From Tetramitus jugosus (Eukaryota; Protista; Heterolobosea), in the NCBI GenBank assembly GCA_937625935.1, contig OW569384.1, positions 1-64,000 of the forward strand: a stretch of DNA of 64,000 bases, given 5' to 3'. A model generated the notes under the pieces. That model saw only the letters and a program-made list of their open reading frames with translations. It had not been told where the DNA came from and did not search any database. A program made the position numbers and the translations under genes. Every line of letters starts with the position of its first letter. Positions within the stretch are counted from its first letter, which is position 1. Below are positions 21,151 to 33,088 of this stretch, one piece after another.

Positions 21151-21840
21151 ATGGTACTCGTCAATTATCATTCGCAGATTATCGGTGAGAGAGTGATTCT
21201 CGTTCCATACAGAGCAGAGCACGTGCCAAAGTATCACGAATGGATGAAAAAGCAAGAATTGCTTGAAACAACGGCCAGTGAGCCACTTTCCATGGAGGAG
21301 GAAATTGAGATGCAGAAATCATGGGCCAACGATCCTGATAAGTGCACTTTTATCATGGTTGACAGATCGAGTATGAAGGAGAGTCACAAGAGTAGTGATG
21401 ATGTACCTATTAGTTTGGAAACGTCCATAGAGTTCATGTGTGGTGATGTCAACACATTTCTGTCCACTGTAGACGCAAGTGAATGGTATAAGAGTGAAGA
21501 TGAGAGCTCTATGTCTCAAAAGGAGGAGCTTGTGATTGGTGAGATGGAGGTCATGGTTGCAGAAGAGCAGAGTCGGCGAAAGGGAATCGCTCAGGAAGCT
21601 GTATCTCTGCTCATGAATTATGTGAAAGAGCATTTGAATGTCGATCGGTTTGAAGTGAAAATTGGCAAGAGCAATGATGCTTCTCTCTGCATGTTCAGAC
21701 AAAAATTAGGTTTCAAGGATCATCGATACTATCAGTGCTTTGAGGAATATCATTTGAGATATCCTGACAACACCCCAATACCATCCATTCCCGGAGATCA
21801 TTTGAAGATTGTAGATTGTCCTTCAAATCTCGGATGGTGA
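21151..21840 (+). CDS. NAT9: N-acetyltransferase 9 (GNAT)
   Basis: LVPY..HVPKYHEWM, TASEPLS, DKCTFI, MCGDVN, GEMEVMVAE..RRKG. Confidence 0.93.
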   Translation: MVLVNYHSQIIGERVILVPYRAEHVPKYHEWMKKQELLETTASEPLSMEEEIEMQKSWANDPDKCTFIMVDRSSMKESHKSSDDVPISLETSIEFMCGDVNTFLSTVDASEWYKSEDESSMSQKEELVIGEMEVMVAEEQSRRKGIAQEAVSLLMNYVKEHLNVDRFEVKIGKSNDASLCMFRQKLGFKDHRYYQCFEEYHLRYPDNTPIPSIPGDHLKIVDCPSNLGW

Positions 21841-21905
21841 TAACTTTTGACGTGAAACGTCGCCTCAAATACAGACCATATTCCACTTCAGCAACAACAA
21901 AAAAA

Positions 21906-23666
21906 ATGTCAGCGGCACTCTTCGATGACGTTCATGTCGGTGGTGAACAATCCTTCACTACCAGTACTGTCCCATTTGATTCCCTATTCGAAACAAAGAA
22001 GAAAGAAATCATGGAGATTCAACTAACATCCCAGAGTAATAGACTGTATGATGAGTTGTACATAAAGGGCTCAAGTGCTGATTTTACCTTGGTTGTGCAA
22101 GCTTTTGACCATGGAGGAGTTCGTCTCGCCGAAACGAAAACCTTTCGTTTACACAAGAGTATCCTAGTGTCATGCAGTGAGTTTTTTCGCACTCATATGA
22201 AATGGCATCAAGTATCCAGTGAGGAGATGACAATAGGTATGAGAGTTAAAGAGATTGGTGTGTTTGAGCAGATTTTGATCAGGCACATGTACATGGCCAA
22301 GGACATTGTTGTACCATCAGGGAGTATTGTTAGTTGCTACCTATTAGCTTCCTTCTTTCAAATGGAAGAGCTAAAGGATCAGATATTGAACTCTGTGAAC
22401 AAGGATAATGTAGTTGACTTGATCCAGGAATGTATCGATAGATCGTGTAAGAACACAAGTGAGCAGTTTAGTGAACAGTTTCTGATTGGAGAAACATGTG
22501 ATCAGGGTTTTATTTCAGATTTGATTCAGTTGTGCATCAAATGGCTCCCTTCTATGTCAAGTAGTCAGTTTAAATCCATTCAGAGTCCTTATGCTATCAT
22601 ACAACTGATCCATTTCACCGAAGACGTTGAGCAATACCGTGAATCAATCAAATATATTGTCGAGGAATGGGTGATGAGCAATAAGAAGCTGCTATATGAG
22701 GACTCTGATTCATTTGATATCATTTTTGATTGTCTACAACCAATAACGAGCACTAATTGCTTAGTATTGCTAGATATTGGGAATCATTTGAATAACAAAA
22801 GAGTTTTGGACCTCGGTCTAGAATATATTGTGGATCATTTCTATTCGATGAACGTCGGTGACATCATTCACATTCTAACTATCGAACAATTGATATCCAT
22901 TTTGGATAATGAACTGCTGGTGTCAGAATCTGAAGACCAAGTGTTTCAGGTCGTCAAAACAATTCTCACAAAATCCACACTAGAGGAACGGGAGAAGAAA
23001 CAGTTATTGAACAGTGTTCGAGTTCAATGCCTATCTGGCCCATGTTTTGTCGAGTTGTCACAACTGTGTCACAACATATCAGATTTGAGAAGGATAATAG
23101 AATGCCGAGAATTGAGTCATGGAGGTACGACGAAGGACTTGACCAGAAGGGCAGTGTCTGTGCCTTGCGACGAAAGAAACCCAGCGCATGACATATTTCA
23201 CTGGATTGGAACGAACATGAACCGATGGGAGTTTAGAAATCCTGCCGAATCAAAGAAAGTAACGATATCTAACCTCGATGGAGAAAACGCCACTCATCTG
23301 CTCGAATTTTCCAGCAATGAATCCATAGCTCTCCCAGACTATACTTCAGTGAAGATACACTTCGAAACAACTATCATCAAGCCCACCCATCTCATGGTTC
23401 GGTTATCTGACCAAACAAGCTCTAAAGTATCCTTTCAAGTTCATGGTGTGAATCTTCGAGGATTAGAACCGAGTCTCCTGTACTTGACAACCGGTATCCA
23501 GAGTAACACCGTCTACAAAATCGATTGCCACGAATATTTGAAGGCGATCAAGATTTGTGCACTGGGAAGAAACTTGAGCATTTCATCCATTCACTTGTAT
23601 GGCAGTGTTTCTCAGCATCCGAAGGCAAACACAAAGCAAAACACAAACCTGTTTCTTTATTTCTAG
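21906..23666 (+). CDS. BTB/POZ-BACK domain protein
   Basis: ADFTLVV...FRLHKSILVSCSEFF; L.V.SEDQVF (BACK). Confidence 0.85.
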   Translation: MSAALFDDVHVGGEQSFTTSTVPFDSLFETKKKEIMEIQLTSQSNRLYDELYIKGSSADFTLVVQAFDHGGVRLAETKTFRLHKSILVSCSEFFRTHMKWHQVSSEEMTIGMRVKEIGVFEQILIRHMYMAKDIVVPSGSIVSCYLLASFFQMEELKDQILNSVNKDNVVDLIQECIDRSCKNTSEQFSEQFLIGETCDQGFISDLIQLCIKWLPSMSSSQFKSIQSPYAIIQLIHFTEDVEQYRESIKYIVEEWVMSNKKLLYEDSDSFDIIFDCLQPITSTNCLVLLDIGNHLNNKRVLDLGLEYIVDHFYSMNVGDIIHILTIEQLISILDNELLVSESEDQVFQVVKTILTKSTLEEREKKQLLNSVRVQCLSGPCFVELSQLCHNISDLRRIIECRELSHGGTTKDLTRRAVSVPCDERNPAHDIFHWIGTNMNRWEFRNPAESKKVTISNLDGENATHLLEFSSNESIALPDYTSVKIHFETTIIKPTHLMVRLSDQTSSKVSFQVHGVNLRGLEPSLLYLTTGIQSNTVYKIDCHEYLKAIKICALGRNLSISSIHLYGSVSQHPKANTKQNTNLFLYF

Positions 23667-23675
23667 TCGTCGTGT

Positions 23676-25293
23676 TTAGACTGCTGGCTCGGCAATCTTG
23701 CTCAACGCTTCATCAATGTTGGCGCTCACACGTTTGACCCAATCGTCACGACCCAACTCTGTAAACTTATCCTTACTTTCGTTCAGTGATCGAACACCAC
23801 CATCAAAGTCATTCATTCGAATCAATGTAGCACCTCTAAAATATTTCATAAAGGCATATTCTAATCCAGCGTCTGCTTCATCCTTCTCCATCCATGCATT
23901 CATAAAGTTTTCATCATTGGTTTGATCGTTCAGCTTTTTGAGAATGGTGAACGCAACAGGATATTCACCAGCCAAGTACTTGCTACTGGCCAAGATGTTC
24001 TCCAACTTGAATACGCATTCCTGGTACAGTTGCGGATCTTCAAACGACTTGCGTCTCTTCAACAAATTAAACGTTCTTGTCAGTGTGGCTTGCTGATTTG
24101 GGAAATACTTTTTCTTTTCATAGGATCGCGCCAAATGAATACCCAAGAGTGTAATCTCATCCAAATCGAACATGGTGGGATACAACTCCATTCCAATCAA
24201 TGTCTTCTCTGCCATAATGATACCAAAATCAATTCTGCCCACATCCAAGTACACTCTACTCAATGATGCACCAACTCGGCATGTCAGCGAATCCACCCAT
24301 CCATAGAATCCCTCCAGAATCGTAAACGCTCTCTCCATATCAGGCAAACTCTCCTTCAACTTGTCTTGATTGATCAAATGACCAGCCTTCTCATAGTACA
24401 CTCGAGCAATCAAGTGACCATTGGAGCTATTGACATGTGGGCCCACTTCGGTCAAATAGCTCGTATAGTGCTTCATCTTCTTGTCAGCTTCTTCTTCCGT
24501 TTCCATTGGCCACATGGATGCTCTCTTCAACTGATAGATGGCATGAGCCACTCGTTCTCTAAAATTGTCCACATTGTAGCCTCGAATGCACTCAAGAGAC
24601 AACTGATTGAACCGTTGGGCTTCATCTACTCTGTTCACTACACTCATTAGCTCTGACAATGAATGATAGAGCTTGTGCTTTGGAATCTGGGGAGTTGTTG
24701 TTTTTTCAATCAACAAATGAATGGACTCCAACAGTTGAGCATCAATTTGCTCCAATTCTTCATGGAATGCCTGTGATTGAGATGTGTTGTGCGAATCTAA
24801 GAATCTAAACAGTTTCATTCATCAGCATTATTGTTAGTATGACATTGATTGTGTTGCGTGCATTGAAAAAAAGAACAATTTTTGTGTAATGTGTGCGTGT
24901 GTGGTGATATACCATCACATACTTTTCCAAGAATAAAGTCAATTGTTTAGAGTCACCTGACTCTGCCAGTCTATTCATCACAAATAGAGCTTTCGAAATG
25001 GGTCTATCTTGTAATTCATCATTCACCTCATACTCTTGTTGTTGTTGCATGTTGGACTTGGATGAAGAATAGAAACGAACCACCATGAATCTATTCATTG
25101 ATGGATGCATCATGGTGTTGGATGACATGAATGATGATAATGATGGTGATGGTGAGTGGTGATTGATGGAGGAAAAATGACGATGATGATTGGTGGTGGA
25201 CAATAGTGATGATGGACAGAGGAGAATAGATCTCTTGTTTAGAATTCTCATACGTGCCATGGAAGCAGAAGTGATACGTTGTGCTGCCATCAT
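23676..25293 (-). CDS. TPR-like helical repeat protein, probably mitochondrial; intron 24805-24922
   Basis: Arg/Ser-rich presequence-like N-terminus; GTATGT..TAG intron joins EK|FLDSH; helical repeats. Confidence 0.7.
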
Positions 25294-25388
25294 TTTTGTT
25301 TTGTTTTCGAAATCAAGTTGTTTTGTTTTTTGGAAGGGGAGAAAGCAAAATTTTTATCCGATAAAACTACGATTGAACGCGTGGGGCT

Positions 25389-27017
25389 TTAGATTTGTTC
25401 AGTATTGGTGTTGTCTTCAGCAACAACCACCTCAGTAGCACGAATATCAGCAGGTGCAACGAAAAAGTCCAGAACGAGCCAAGATGATATTGCGAGTCCA
25501 AGCAGAACGGACAGAACGATGAAAATGACATTGTTGGGAATGGAACTCGAAGCAACAAATCCGATACCTACCATGAGACTCTGAACGAGCTTGAAAGCAG
25601 CAAAAGCATCACTGGCTTGATCTTGAAAGTATGTAGGTGCTCCCAGGATGGTATAAATGGAAGTATTGTAAGCACTGTCCGCGAGACCACACAGGAATGT
25701 AGCCACAAAGAACATGTATGGTTGTGCCCGTGAGATGTGCCATATGGAGTTTGTAGCTATAATGTGAAGGGCAAAGGTTGTGATCATGATTGCCCTTTTG
25801 CCTACAACATCAATCAATTTGCCAAATAGTATCGATCCCACGATTTCACTGACACCTAGAAAGCTCATGCAGTATCCAATCAAGGAGCGACTTCTTTTTC
25901 CTATTATCGGTGGTATGATACCGTAAATGATAGTCATTGTGTGTCCACTGTGTAGAGCTATTGGAATGAAGAGCAGCATTCTCTTGTCTTTGAACACAAA
26001 GATCGTTCGTTTGATAGATGAACCAATAGAGATTGCAACCTCGCGCAAGGACTTCTTTGTTTTCACTTCCTTTACTCTTCCATCAACTTGATCGACAGCA
26101 TCCTCGATATCAGTACCTATTGATGGAGAACCGATGTTAGTTTGTTCCTCCATGGACGATGGCTGGCTCTTGTTTGTTCTTAACAGCAACAATAGTAGAT
26201 TTCCAACAATTGATATAATCAATAGGATAAGAAAGATGATTGATTCTTTGACTCCAGAGCTGAACAGAACGCCAGCCAACAAGTATCCCACCAGTAAATT
26301 CACCTGGTAAATAGCAAAGAACAATCCAGTGTAAAAACCGAGACGATCTCCACTGATCTTGACCATAAGCGCTCCGTGAGCTGTCCATAACACTGCAGCA
26401 CCAACACCACAAAGAGCAGAAGTGACCATCAATACCCAATTAGGCATCCATGGACTGCCACACAGCACAAACAAGGAATAGGTGAGAGAACAGACGAATA
26501 GTGGATACTTCAGGCCAAACAGATCAATCACTGCGGATGACAGGAGAACAAAACATGAAAAGAATAGATAGAGGATTCCCAGGGCATAAAACCCAGCTTC
26601 ATGTTTCAACTCTGTCAAGAACGCCTCTGTCGTATTGAACGACGTGAAGAAAACACAAAAGGAAACACCTAGAACGATAACGTTGAATAGACTGTAATGA
26701 TCATCCAATAGGCGCACGAACCGATGATGCAATTGTTTCATCTTGCTATGACCAGCGACATGACTAGAAGTATTGCTATTCTGCTTATAAGTGGTCGAAT
26801 TATTGTTCTCTGAATGTGTTGGGACATTTGATTCCTCTCCGGCAACACCCTCTGCAACAGCATCACCACTTTTCGAGCCTGCTGTTATGCCCTCATGTAT
26901 CACTCCAGCTGAAGTAGTGCCGTGGAGCATTAAGTCACTAGTGTGAGAGTCGAAGTCGTTTGATCTTCCCTCGACAACTAATTCAATGTCGTCAATCGAA
27001 CTGTCCTCTCTGAGCAT
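25389..27017 (-). CDS. UNC93-like MFS transporter (MFSD11-like)
   Basis: About 12 TM segments; G.GAAVLWTAHG, AFAAFKLVQS. Confidence 0.88.
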   Translation of the reverse strand: MLREDSSIDDIELVVEGRSNDFDSHTSDLMLHGTTSAGVIHEGITAGSKSGDAVAEGVAGEESNVPTHSENNNSTTYKQNSNTSSHVAGHSKMKQLHHRFVRLLDDHYSLFNVIVLGVSFCVFFTSFNTTEAFLTELKHEAGFYALGILYLFFSCFVLLSSAVIDLFGLKYPLFVCSLTYSLFVLCGSPWMPNWVLMVTSALCGVGAAVLWTAHGALMVKISGDRLGFYTGLFFAIYQVNLLVGYLLAGVLFSSGVKESIIFLILLIISIVGNLLLLLLRTNKSQPSSMEEQTNIGSPSIGTDIEDAVDQVDGRVKEVKTKKSLREVAISIGSSIKRTIFVFKDKRMLLFIPIALHSGHTMTIIYGIIPPIIGKRSRSLIGYCMSFLGVSEIVGSILFGKLIDVVGKRAIMITTFALHIIATNSIWHISRAQPYMFFVATFLCGLADSAYNTSIYTILGAPTYFQDQASDAFAAFKLVQSLMVGIGFVASSSIPNNVIFIVLSVLLGLAISSWLVLDFFVAPADIRATEVVVAEDNTNTEQI

Positions 27018-27347
27018 ATGAATGTTGTGGTGAATTGTTTTGTTACGTGTTGTTATGGCAGCATTTCACCGGTATCCAAAAGTCGCGCCCCCGTTGATCA
27101 AAGGGAGGTATCCCAACAAGAATTTTCCTGTGTGATGACTGGATCTGCTACTTGGGGCTATGAGCTACAATTCACATCCCACAGACTCACTTCAGTGAAA
27201 GTGTTGTGACAACATCTGTGCTTTGGTGATCACGAGATTCTATCTTGTTGTTTGTTGATTCCAAAAGAACAACACAAAAAAGAAAATCAAGTTCCCTCCG
27301 AACCGGGTCAATGCGCTCAACCTTCTTCTCTTGATCAAAGAACAACA

Positions 27348-28526
27348 ATGAACAAGCAAAGAGTCGCACGAAATCTAGCCTTTCTGTTACTTGTCGCTCT
27401 CTACTTGCACTTGGCTCTTCGTCTCTCATTCTTTCATCCACAAAAACATGTGAAAGAACAACCATTCTCCATTGATGATGATCACACAGAAGATGGAACT
27501 GTTGCTCTACCAAAACTGCAAAACAGTCAAATTACAGTCGCACCTTGTCCGTCGGCAGTCACAGAAACAACAACAATATCAAAGATAACAAAGACAAAAG
27601 AATATGAACAGCAAGACATGTTATGGTTAACAATTGCCATTCCGACAGTTCCCAGACCTAATCATCATGACTACTTGTCACAAACATTGGCCACATTGTA
27701 CGATAAATTGAACTTGTCCAACAATCGGAATGACCCCACGCTGATTGATCCCCTTGTCAGTAAAATACAGGTTGTCATTGTGAATCAGAGAGTCAATCAG
27801 CATGATATATGGCAGAAGAATTGGGAGCGATATCATAACCATTCACTGTTTCAGTTCATTGAAGTGAAACAAGAGTGGAACGAGGATGATGTGAATCGGT
27901 GGAATCGTGCACTGGGTGCAAAGAAAGCTCGAGTCACTCAACAGACGAGAGACTTGTCCAACTTTTTGAAATTGGTACATTCGAGTAGTGGTATCATTCG
28001 ACCATCGCAGTACTTGATGATCATGGAAGATGATTTCCAGGTGTGCTCCAACATTTTGCAAGCACTGTATCACATGATCAACAAGTCCAATCGTCGATTC
28101 GGAACCAATTGGTTAGATATTCGAATATCGTACGGTTTCAATGGCATTGTTGTACATAACAACAATACAGATGTGCCCATTATTGCTCAATATTTGAGAG
28201 ATCACGAGACAAGAAGGCCTCCGGATCATCTCTTGCCCGAATTGTTGGCCAGAGAAACAGATGAAGCAAAGAGACTCTTCCCCGACAATCGACACACGGT
28301 AGCGTATCGGTACAACTTGCTAGACCACATGGGTGATATATCCACATTGCGGACAGAGAAGCAATGGGCAATGCCCCGATGTTATGCCGAGTTGGTTTAT
28401 CCAGTCATGTTCGAAGTTGAAGCATTCAACAAGGTTCAATGCCCTGAAGATGACATCTGGCCATGTTCCAACATACCTGACAATGACATACATGCCGTGC
28501 ATTTCAATGTTCACAACAAAAAGTGA
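27348..28526 (+). CDS. GT54 / MGAT4-like glycosyltransferase (type II membrane)
   Basis: N-terminal TM, LTIAIPTVPR..YL..TL, QQTRD, YLMIMEDD, LLDHMG.ISTL. Confidence 0.8.
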   Translation: MNKQRVARNLAFLLLVALYLHLALRLSFFHPQKHVKEQPFSIDDDHTEDGTVALPKLQNSQITVAPCPSAVTETTTISKITKTKEYEQQDMLWLTIAIPTVPRPNHHDYLSQTLATLYDKLNLSNNRNDPTLIDPLVSKIQVVIVNQRVNQHDIWQKNWERYHNHSLFQFIEVKQEWNEDDVNRWNRALGAKKARVTQQTRDLSNFLKLVHSSSGIIRPSQYLMIMEDDFQVCSNILQALYHMINKSNRRFGTNWLDIRISYGFNGIVVHNNNTDVPIIAQYLRDHETRRPPDHLLPELLARETDEAKRLFPDNRHTVAYRYNLLDHMGDISTLRTEKQWAMPRCYAELVYPVMFEVEAFNKVQCPEDDIWPCSNIPDNDIHAVHFNVHNKK

Positions 28527-28702
28527 AACATACGTGAGTGAAAAATAAAGGAACTTCAAGAAGTTCGTCCAAAAACAACCCGCGGAAAGAAAGAATCCGC
28601 GGGATGAAAATATTTCATTGGGCAGATTTTTTGATCCAAAACCAAAAAACACGTAAGTCTCATCAAACGACACTTCGCGAGTAAAACATACTCTTTGTCT
28701 CA

Positions 28703-31700
28703 ATGCTTTCCAATGATAAGGAAGAACCACACCGCGAGAACCTAGAAGACGAGCGAGATGAGCAACCAATGAATGATGCATCTCATCAAGTCTCGGACAA
28801 CTCAACGAATGAAGTTGGAGCTGTTGAGGAAGTCACTCCCAACCCACTGAGCACAGATTCCATCTCCCAAGTCAGTGACTCCAGTACTGGACAACTTTCG
28901 GTCCAGGACAACAACGCCATTGCTAGCAAAAAGAAGAAGAGAAAATCTCCAAATAGCAACCAACAGAAAAAGAATAAGAAAAACAAGCCAAGTAACATTC
29001 GTGTCAGTATTGAAAATCAAAATGACAGTCCTGCGATGAATATTATTCATGTCGATTCTACCACACCAAGGGTCAACGTTGTGGATGAGTGGATCGATTT
29101 GACACATCATGAAGCTCACATTCAGGTCGATGAGAGAATACCGTCGTCTTCTTCTTCGACGTCACTCGCTGGTGATGATGCCTCAATGAGTAGTGCCAGT
29201 ATGACAGCAAGTGGCGTACCAGATGGAGCAAGTGAAGATGACGCTGCAAACAGTTATGGTAGCAATACGGAGTCGAGTAGTGGCAGTAGTAGGAAAACGA
29301 GCTTTGATCAAACGAGGCGAATGTTCAAGCAAGTGAAACGGAAAATTCATTGGGGAGTAGATGTGAAGGACAATGAGGAAGAGAATGACGATGATGATGA
29401 GGGTGGCACAACTCGAGGATCCAAACAGGAGAAGGAAGCTACAAAGGAATCGTCGCGAGCTCGTCGTACAACGTTCTTATCCAAGCTTTTCAAATGGAGA
29501 AGCAGCAACTCAATTGACGATTCACCAAAGCAATCCAATGAGCCGGTGAATGTGAATGAGATTGAAATGAAGGTTAGCGATGGAAATGCAATTACCGAGG
29601 AAGTGTCACATACCGTAGTTTCGATAGACACAGATTCATTGAGCCATGAACAAAAAATTCAATACTTTAGGGATCAATGGGGCAAGGAAACACCAATCCA
29701 ACAATCGAACACTGAAAAAGTGATGTCAGCATTGTCTCGACCTAGATCTAACAGTACTTCCACTTCTTCACGTGTATCGATTGATATTTCCGTGCCTGCT
29801 AAGACGCAGATGGATCACAAGATGAGTCAATACTTTAGAGGACCATCACTCTTTTCTGTCTTGAACGATGACACATCTCAATCGAAATTTGTCACTTTAG
29901 CTCAAGCGCCATCAGTGATTCAAGAACAAACTCGCTTTATCGAAGGTGGACCAAATGGTAGTCGAGTGCCCAAGAGTGGAAAAGAAGAAGCAGTCGAGAA
30001 AACTGTGAAGGATGTCAGTGAGGTCGACAATGCTAACAAACTTGAAGACTCTGTTGCTGTCGATATGGGTGTAGACAATAGTGCAGAGCAAAAAGAAAAA
30101 GACAAGAAGAAGAAGAAAAAGAAGAAGGCACATTTGCTGAACGGATTCGATGGTGTGTTTGTTCCATGTATGTGCAGTGTGACAGGAACCATTTTGTTCT
30201 TGAAAGTACCATGGCTAGTGGCGCAGGCCGGAACAGGATACAGTCTATTGTATCTTCTAATATCGACAATAGTGGCGTTATTGACTTGGACTTCTATCAG
30301 TGCTATGGCTACGAATGGATTCTTGCCTCACGGAGGTCCTTATTATATGATTTCGAGAATATTGGGAGCAAAATTTGGAGGATCGGTGGGCTTGGTCTAT
30401 GTACTCGGTTTCGTCTTTTTATGTTCTCTGCACACATTCGCAGCAGGAGAACTGGTGCATTCGTTTATTCACGAGTTTTGGCATGATATGAGGATTATTG
30501 ATCCAAACGCGAGTAAGCCATACTGGGATTTGATATTATTTGGTTTTATATTCTTGGTGATTGTATACATTATTGTGAATATTGGAATACGACATGTGGC
30601 GCACTTGGAACTTTTATTTATGTTTGTTGCTGTGTTGTGTTTCATCTCTATCATAGTTGGATGTTTTGCCACAACAAACTCAACATATAAGCTTCATGGA
30701 GCTTCATGGAGTCGATTTAAGAAGAATTGGGGTCCCCATTTTGGAAAATCCCAGGACTTTTTCACTGTTATGGCCTTCATTTTCCCGTGTGTGACAGGAA
30801 TCATGGCTGGTATTAATCGCTCCGGAGACTTGAAGAATCCTCAGCGGGCCATTCCTTATGGAACACTAGCGGCTATCATTACAACAACTTTTATGTTCTT
30901 GTTCATGATCATTGTGTTTGCATTCGTGGGAGATAGAGAAATCATGGAAAAGAATTACTTGGATCTGGCTTCCATTGTTGCCTATCCTTACCAAAAGAAA
31001 GTGGGATATTATTTTGTCAAGGCAGGGATCTTACTCGTTATTATTGGAGAAGCAGTGCAAGCCATGCTAGTTGCTCCTCGTATCTTCCAGACAATTGCTG
31101 CTGATGCGGTTGTTCCTATTCCCAAGATTAAGTTCTGGGCCAAGATTCGAGCGAATGAACCACGCAGAGCCATATTACTCGTGTTTGTGATTGCTATTCT
31201 GCCATACTTTTTGGGAAACTTGGAGCGAATTGCATTGTTGATTGCAATGTTTACTTTGCTATGCTACAGTTTCTTGAACATTGCCTGTGTAGTGACTGGA
31301 TTGCTCAGAGCTCCCAACTGGAGACCTAGATTCAAGCTTTATCATTGGACGATATCTCTGCTCGGATTCATCTCAACCAGTCTAATCATGTTTTTGCTTT
31401 CTTGGTACTGGGCTTTGTTGACCTTTGCTTGTGCAGCTGGTACCTACTTGCTCATTGCCTGGAGAGGCAGAGTGACGAATTTTGATGATGGGTTAACAGG
31501 TCTAAAATTGAAGGCTGCACTTGACAATTTGTATCAGTTACTCAGGGAGCCCGAGCACACAAAAAATTGGAGACCTCAATTGCTCGTTCTTGTCAAAATG
31601 TCCCCCGAAGGAGTACCGAGCAATCCTCACATTCTAAACATGGCTCGCCAGTTGAAGAAGGGAAGAGGGTTGTGTATGGTTGCGGCTATTCTCGAAGGAG

Positions 31701-33088
31701 ATTACATTGAGTTGCATGAGGAGGCAAAGTTACAGAGGGCCGGATTAGAAATGAAGATGCACGAGATGGGATTAAAAGGATTTCCGCATGTGATTGTGTC
31801 TCCTACGTTTGACGATGGAGTACGATTTCTCATTCAATATTCAGGCCTTGGTGCTCTCTCACCAAACACGATGATGTGCTCTTGGCCCGACAATTGGAGA
31901 GAAGACTCGGAAGAAGCAGATCATCTTGTTGAAATCCTGGATTACGCGCATTACACTGAGAAAGCTGTGCTCGTGTGCAAGGGAATGGAGCATTTACCGA
32001 AATCAGCCAAAGAGATTGAGCCAAAGAGTCACATTGATGTATTTTGGATTGCTCACGATGGTGGACTCATGTTAATGTTAGGTTTTCTCTTAAGACAGTA
32101 CAAAGTATGGCGCAAATGCAAGTTGAGAATATTCACAGTTATCGACAAGCACCACAACGTGACAGATTTTGAAAAGCAACTGAAATCGTTACTCTATAAC
32201 TTGCGAATTAATGCTGAGCCAAAGGTTATTGTTTGTGACCATGATTCGTTGAACCCGTACATTTACGACTCGAGAGAGCTATCCCATAGGAGACATTCGT
32301 TGATGAAGGAGGTACACATGTCGAGAGCAGAATCCAAGAGCAACCTCGATGAGTTGTACGCTCACGAGATGGATATGACTGAGAGCGAATATGATCCAGA
32401 TGATCTGTCGGACAGTGAGGAGAGTGTGGCATCACAGTTTAACAAGAGCGATAGTAGTTTAGGTGACAAAACAGATCGTCGTAGCATGAACTCGTCATTT
32501 CCTGTCATGCGTCGTACAAGGTCAACCACTCACATGGAGCAACCAACCAGTCCTCTCATGTTTCCCAACAGAGTAAAATCCATGGGGAACATGGAAGTAC
32601 TCGACAGTAGCAAAAGTCCGATCAATGACACTCCATCCAAAGATCCATTTGATGTTCCTGACAGTAATACGTCAAATAGCAACCAGAATGATCAGAACGA
32701 AGATCCTCAGGTGATTGTAACAGTCACGGACAATGGAGATACAATTGTTCAGATTGGTCAAGAAGAACAGCTGCCTGACCACGTATCTCAATCAGTTACG
32801 GACGAACACCAACCTTCCGAAGCGGTAGAGGAGGATCAGCTAACGCAGGTACATACAGAGAATTGTCAGCCATCATTCGAAGCTCTGCTTCACACATCTA
32901 AAATGATGAATAATATCATATTAGAGCACGCAAAGGACTCTCAGCTCTTAATTATTAACCTTCCATTCAACGTACCTGAAATTTCAACGTTGGAATATAT
33001 GCATGCTTTGGATGAACTTACGAAAGATATTCCTAAGTGTCTTCTCGTCAGAGGAGGAGGACAAGAGTTGATTACTTGGTATGCTTAG
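28703..33088 (+). CDS. Cation-chloride cotransporter (SLC12, KCC-like)
   Basis: GVFVPC, SAMATNG, GG.YYMISR, FP.VTGIMAG.NRSGDL, PNWRPRF, KNWRPQ, LLVRGGG.E.IT. Confidence 0.95.
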   Translation: MLSNDKEEPHRENLEDERDEQPMNDASHQVSDNSTNEVGAVEEVTPNPLSTDSISQVSDSSTGQLSVQDNNAIASKKKKRKSPNSNQQKKNKKNKPSNIRVSIENQNDSPAMNIIHVDSTTPRVNVVDEWIDLTHHEAHIQVDERIPSSSSSTSLAGDDASMSSASMTASGVPDGASEDDAANSYGSNTESSSGSSRKTSFDQTRRMFKQVKRKIHWGVDVKDNEEENDDDDEGGTTRGSKQEKEATKESSRARRTTFLSKLFKWRSSNSIDDSPKQSNEPVNVNEIEMKVSDGNAITEEVSHTVVSIDTDSLSHEQKIQYFRDQWGKETPIQQSNTEKVMSALSRPRSNSTSTSSRVSIDISVPAKTQMDHKMSQYFRGPSLFSVLNDDTSQSKFVTLAQAPSVIQEQTRFIEGGPNGSRVPKSGKEEAVEKTVKDVSEVDNANKLEDSVAVDMGVDNSAEQKEKDKKKKKKKKAHLLNGFDGVFVPCMCSVTGTILFLKVPWLVAQAGTGYSLLYLLISTIVALLTWTSISAMATNGFLPHGGPYYMISRILGAKFGGSVGLVYVLGFVFLCSLHTFAAGELVHSFIHEFWHDMRIIDPNASKPYWDLILFGFIFLVIVYIIVNIGIRHVAHLELLFMFVAVLCFISIIVGCFATTNSTYKLHGASWSRFKKNWGPHFGKSQDFFTVMAFIFPCVTGIMAGINRSGDLKNPQRAIPYGTLAAIITTTFMFLFMIIVFAFVGDREIMEKNYLDLASIVAYPYQKKVGYYFVKAGILLVIIGEAVQAMLVAPRIFQTIAADAVVPIPKIKFWAKIRANEPRRAILLVFVIAILPYFLGNLERIALLIAMFTLLCYSFLNIACVVTGLLRAPNWRPRFKLYHWTISLLGFISTSLIMFLLSWYWALLTFACAAGTYLLIAWRGRVTNFDDGLTGLKLKAALDNLYQLLREPEHTKNWRPQLLVLVKMSPEGVPSNPHILNMARQLKKGRGLCMVAAILEGDYIELHEEAKLQRAGLEMKMHEMGLKGFPHVIVSPTFDDGVRFLIQYSGLGALSPNTMMCSWPDNWREDSEEADHLVEILDYAHYTEKAVLVCKGMEHLPKSAKEIEPKSHIDVFWIAHDGGLMLMLGFLLRQYKVWRKCKLRIFTVIDKHHNVTDFEKQLKSLLYNLRINAEPKVIVCDHDSLNPYIYDSRELSHRRHSLMKEVHMSRAESKSNLDELYAHEMDMTESEYDPDDLSDSEESVASQFNKSDSSLGDKTDRRSMNSSFPVMRRTRSTTHMEQPTSPLMFPNRVKSMGNMEVLDSSKSPINDTPSKDPFDVPDSNTSNSNQNDQNEDPQVIVTVTDNGDTIVQIGQEEQLPDHVSQSVTDEHQPSEAVEEDQLTQVHTENCQPSFEALLHTSKMMNNIILEHAKDSQLLIINLPFNVPEISTLEYMHALDELTKDIPKCLLVRGGGQELITWYA

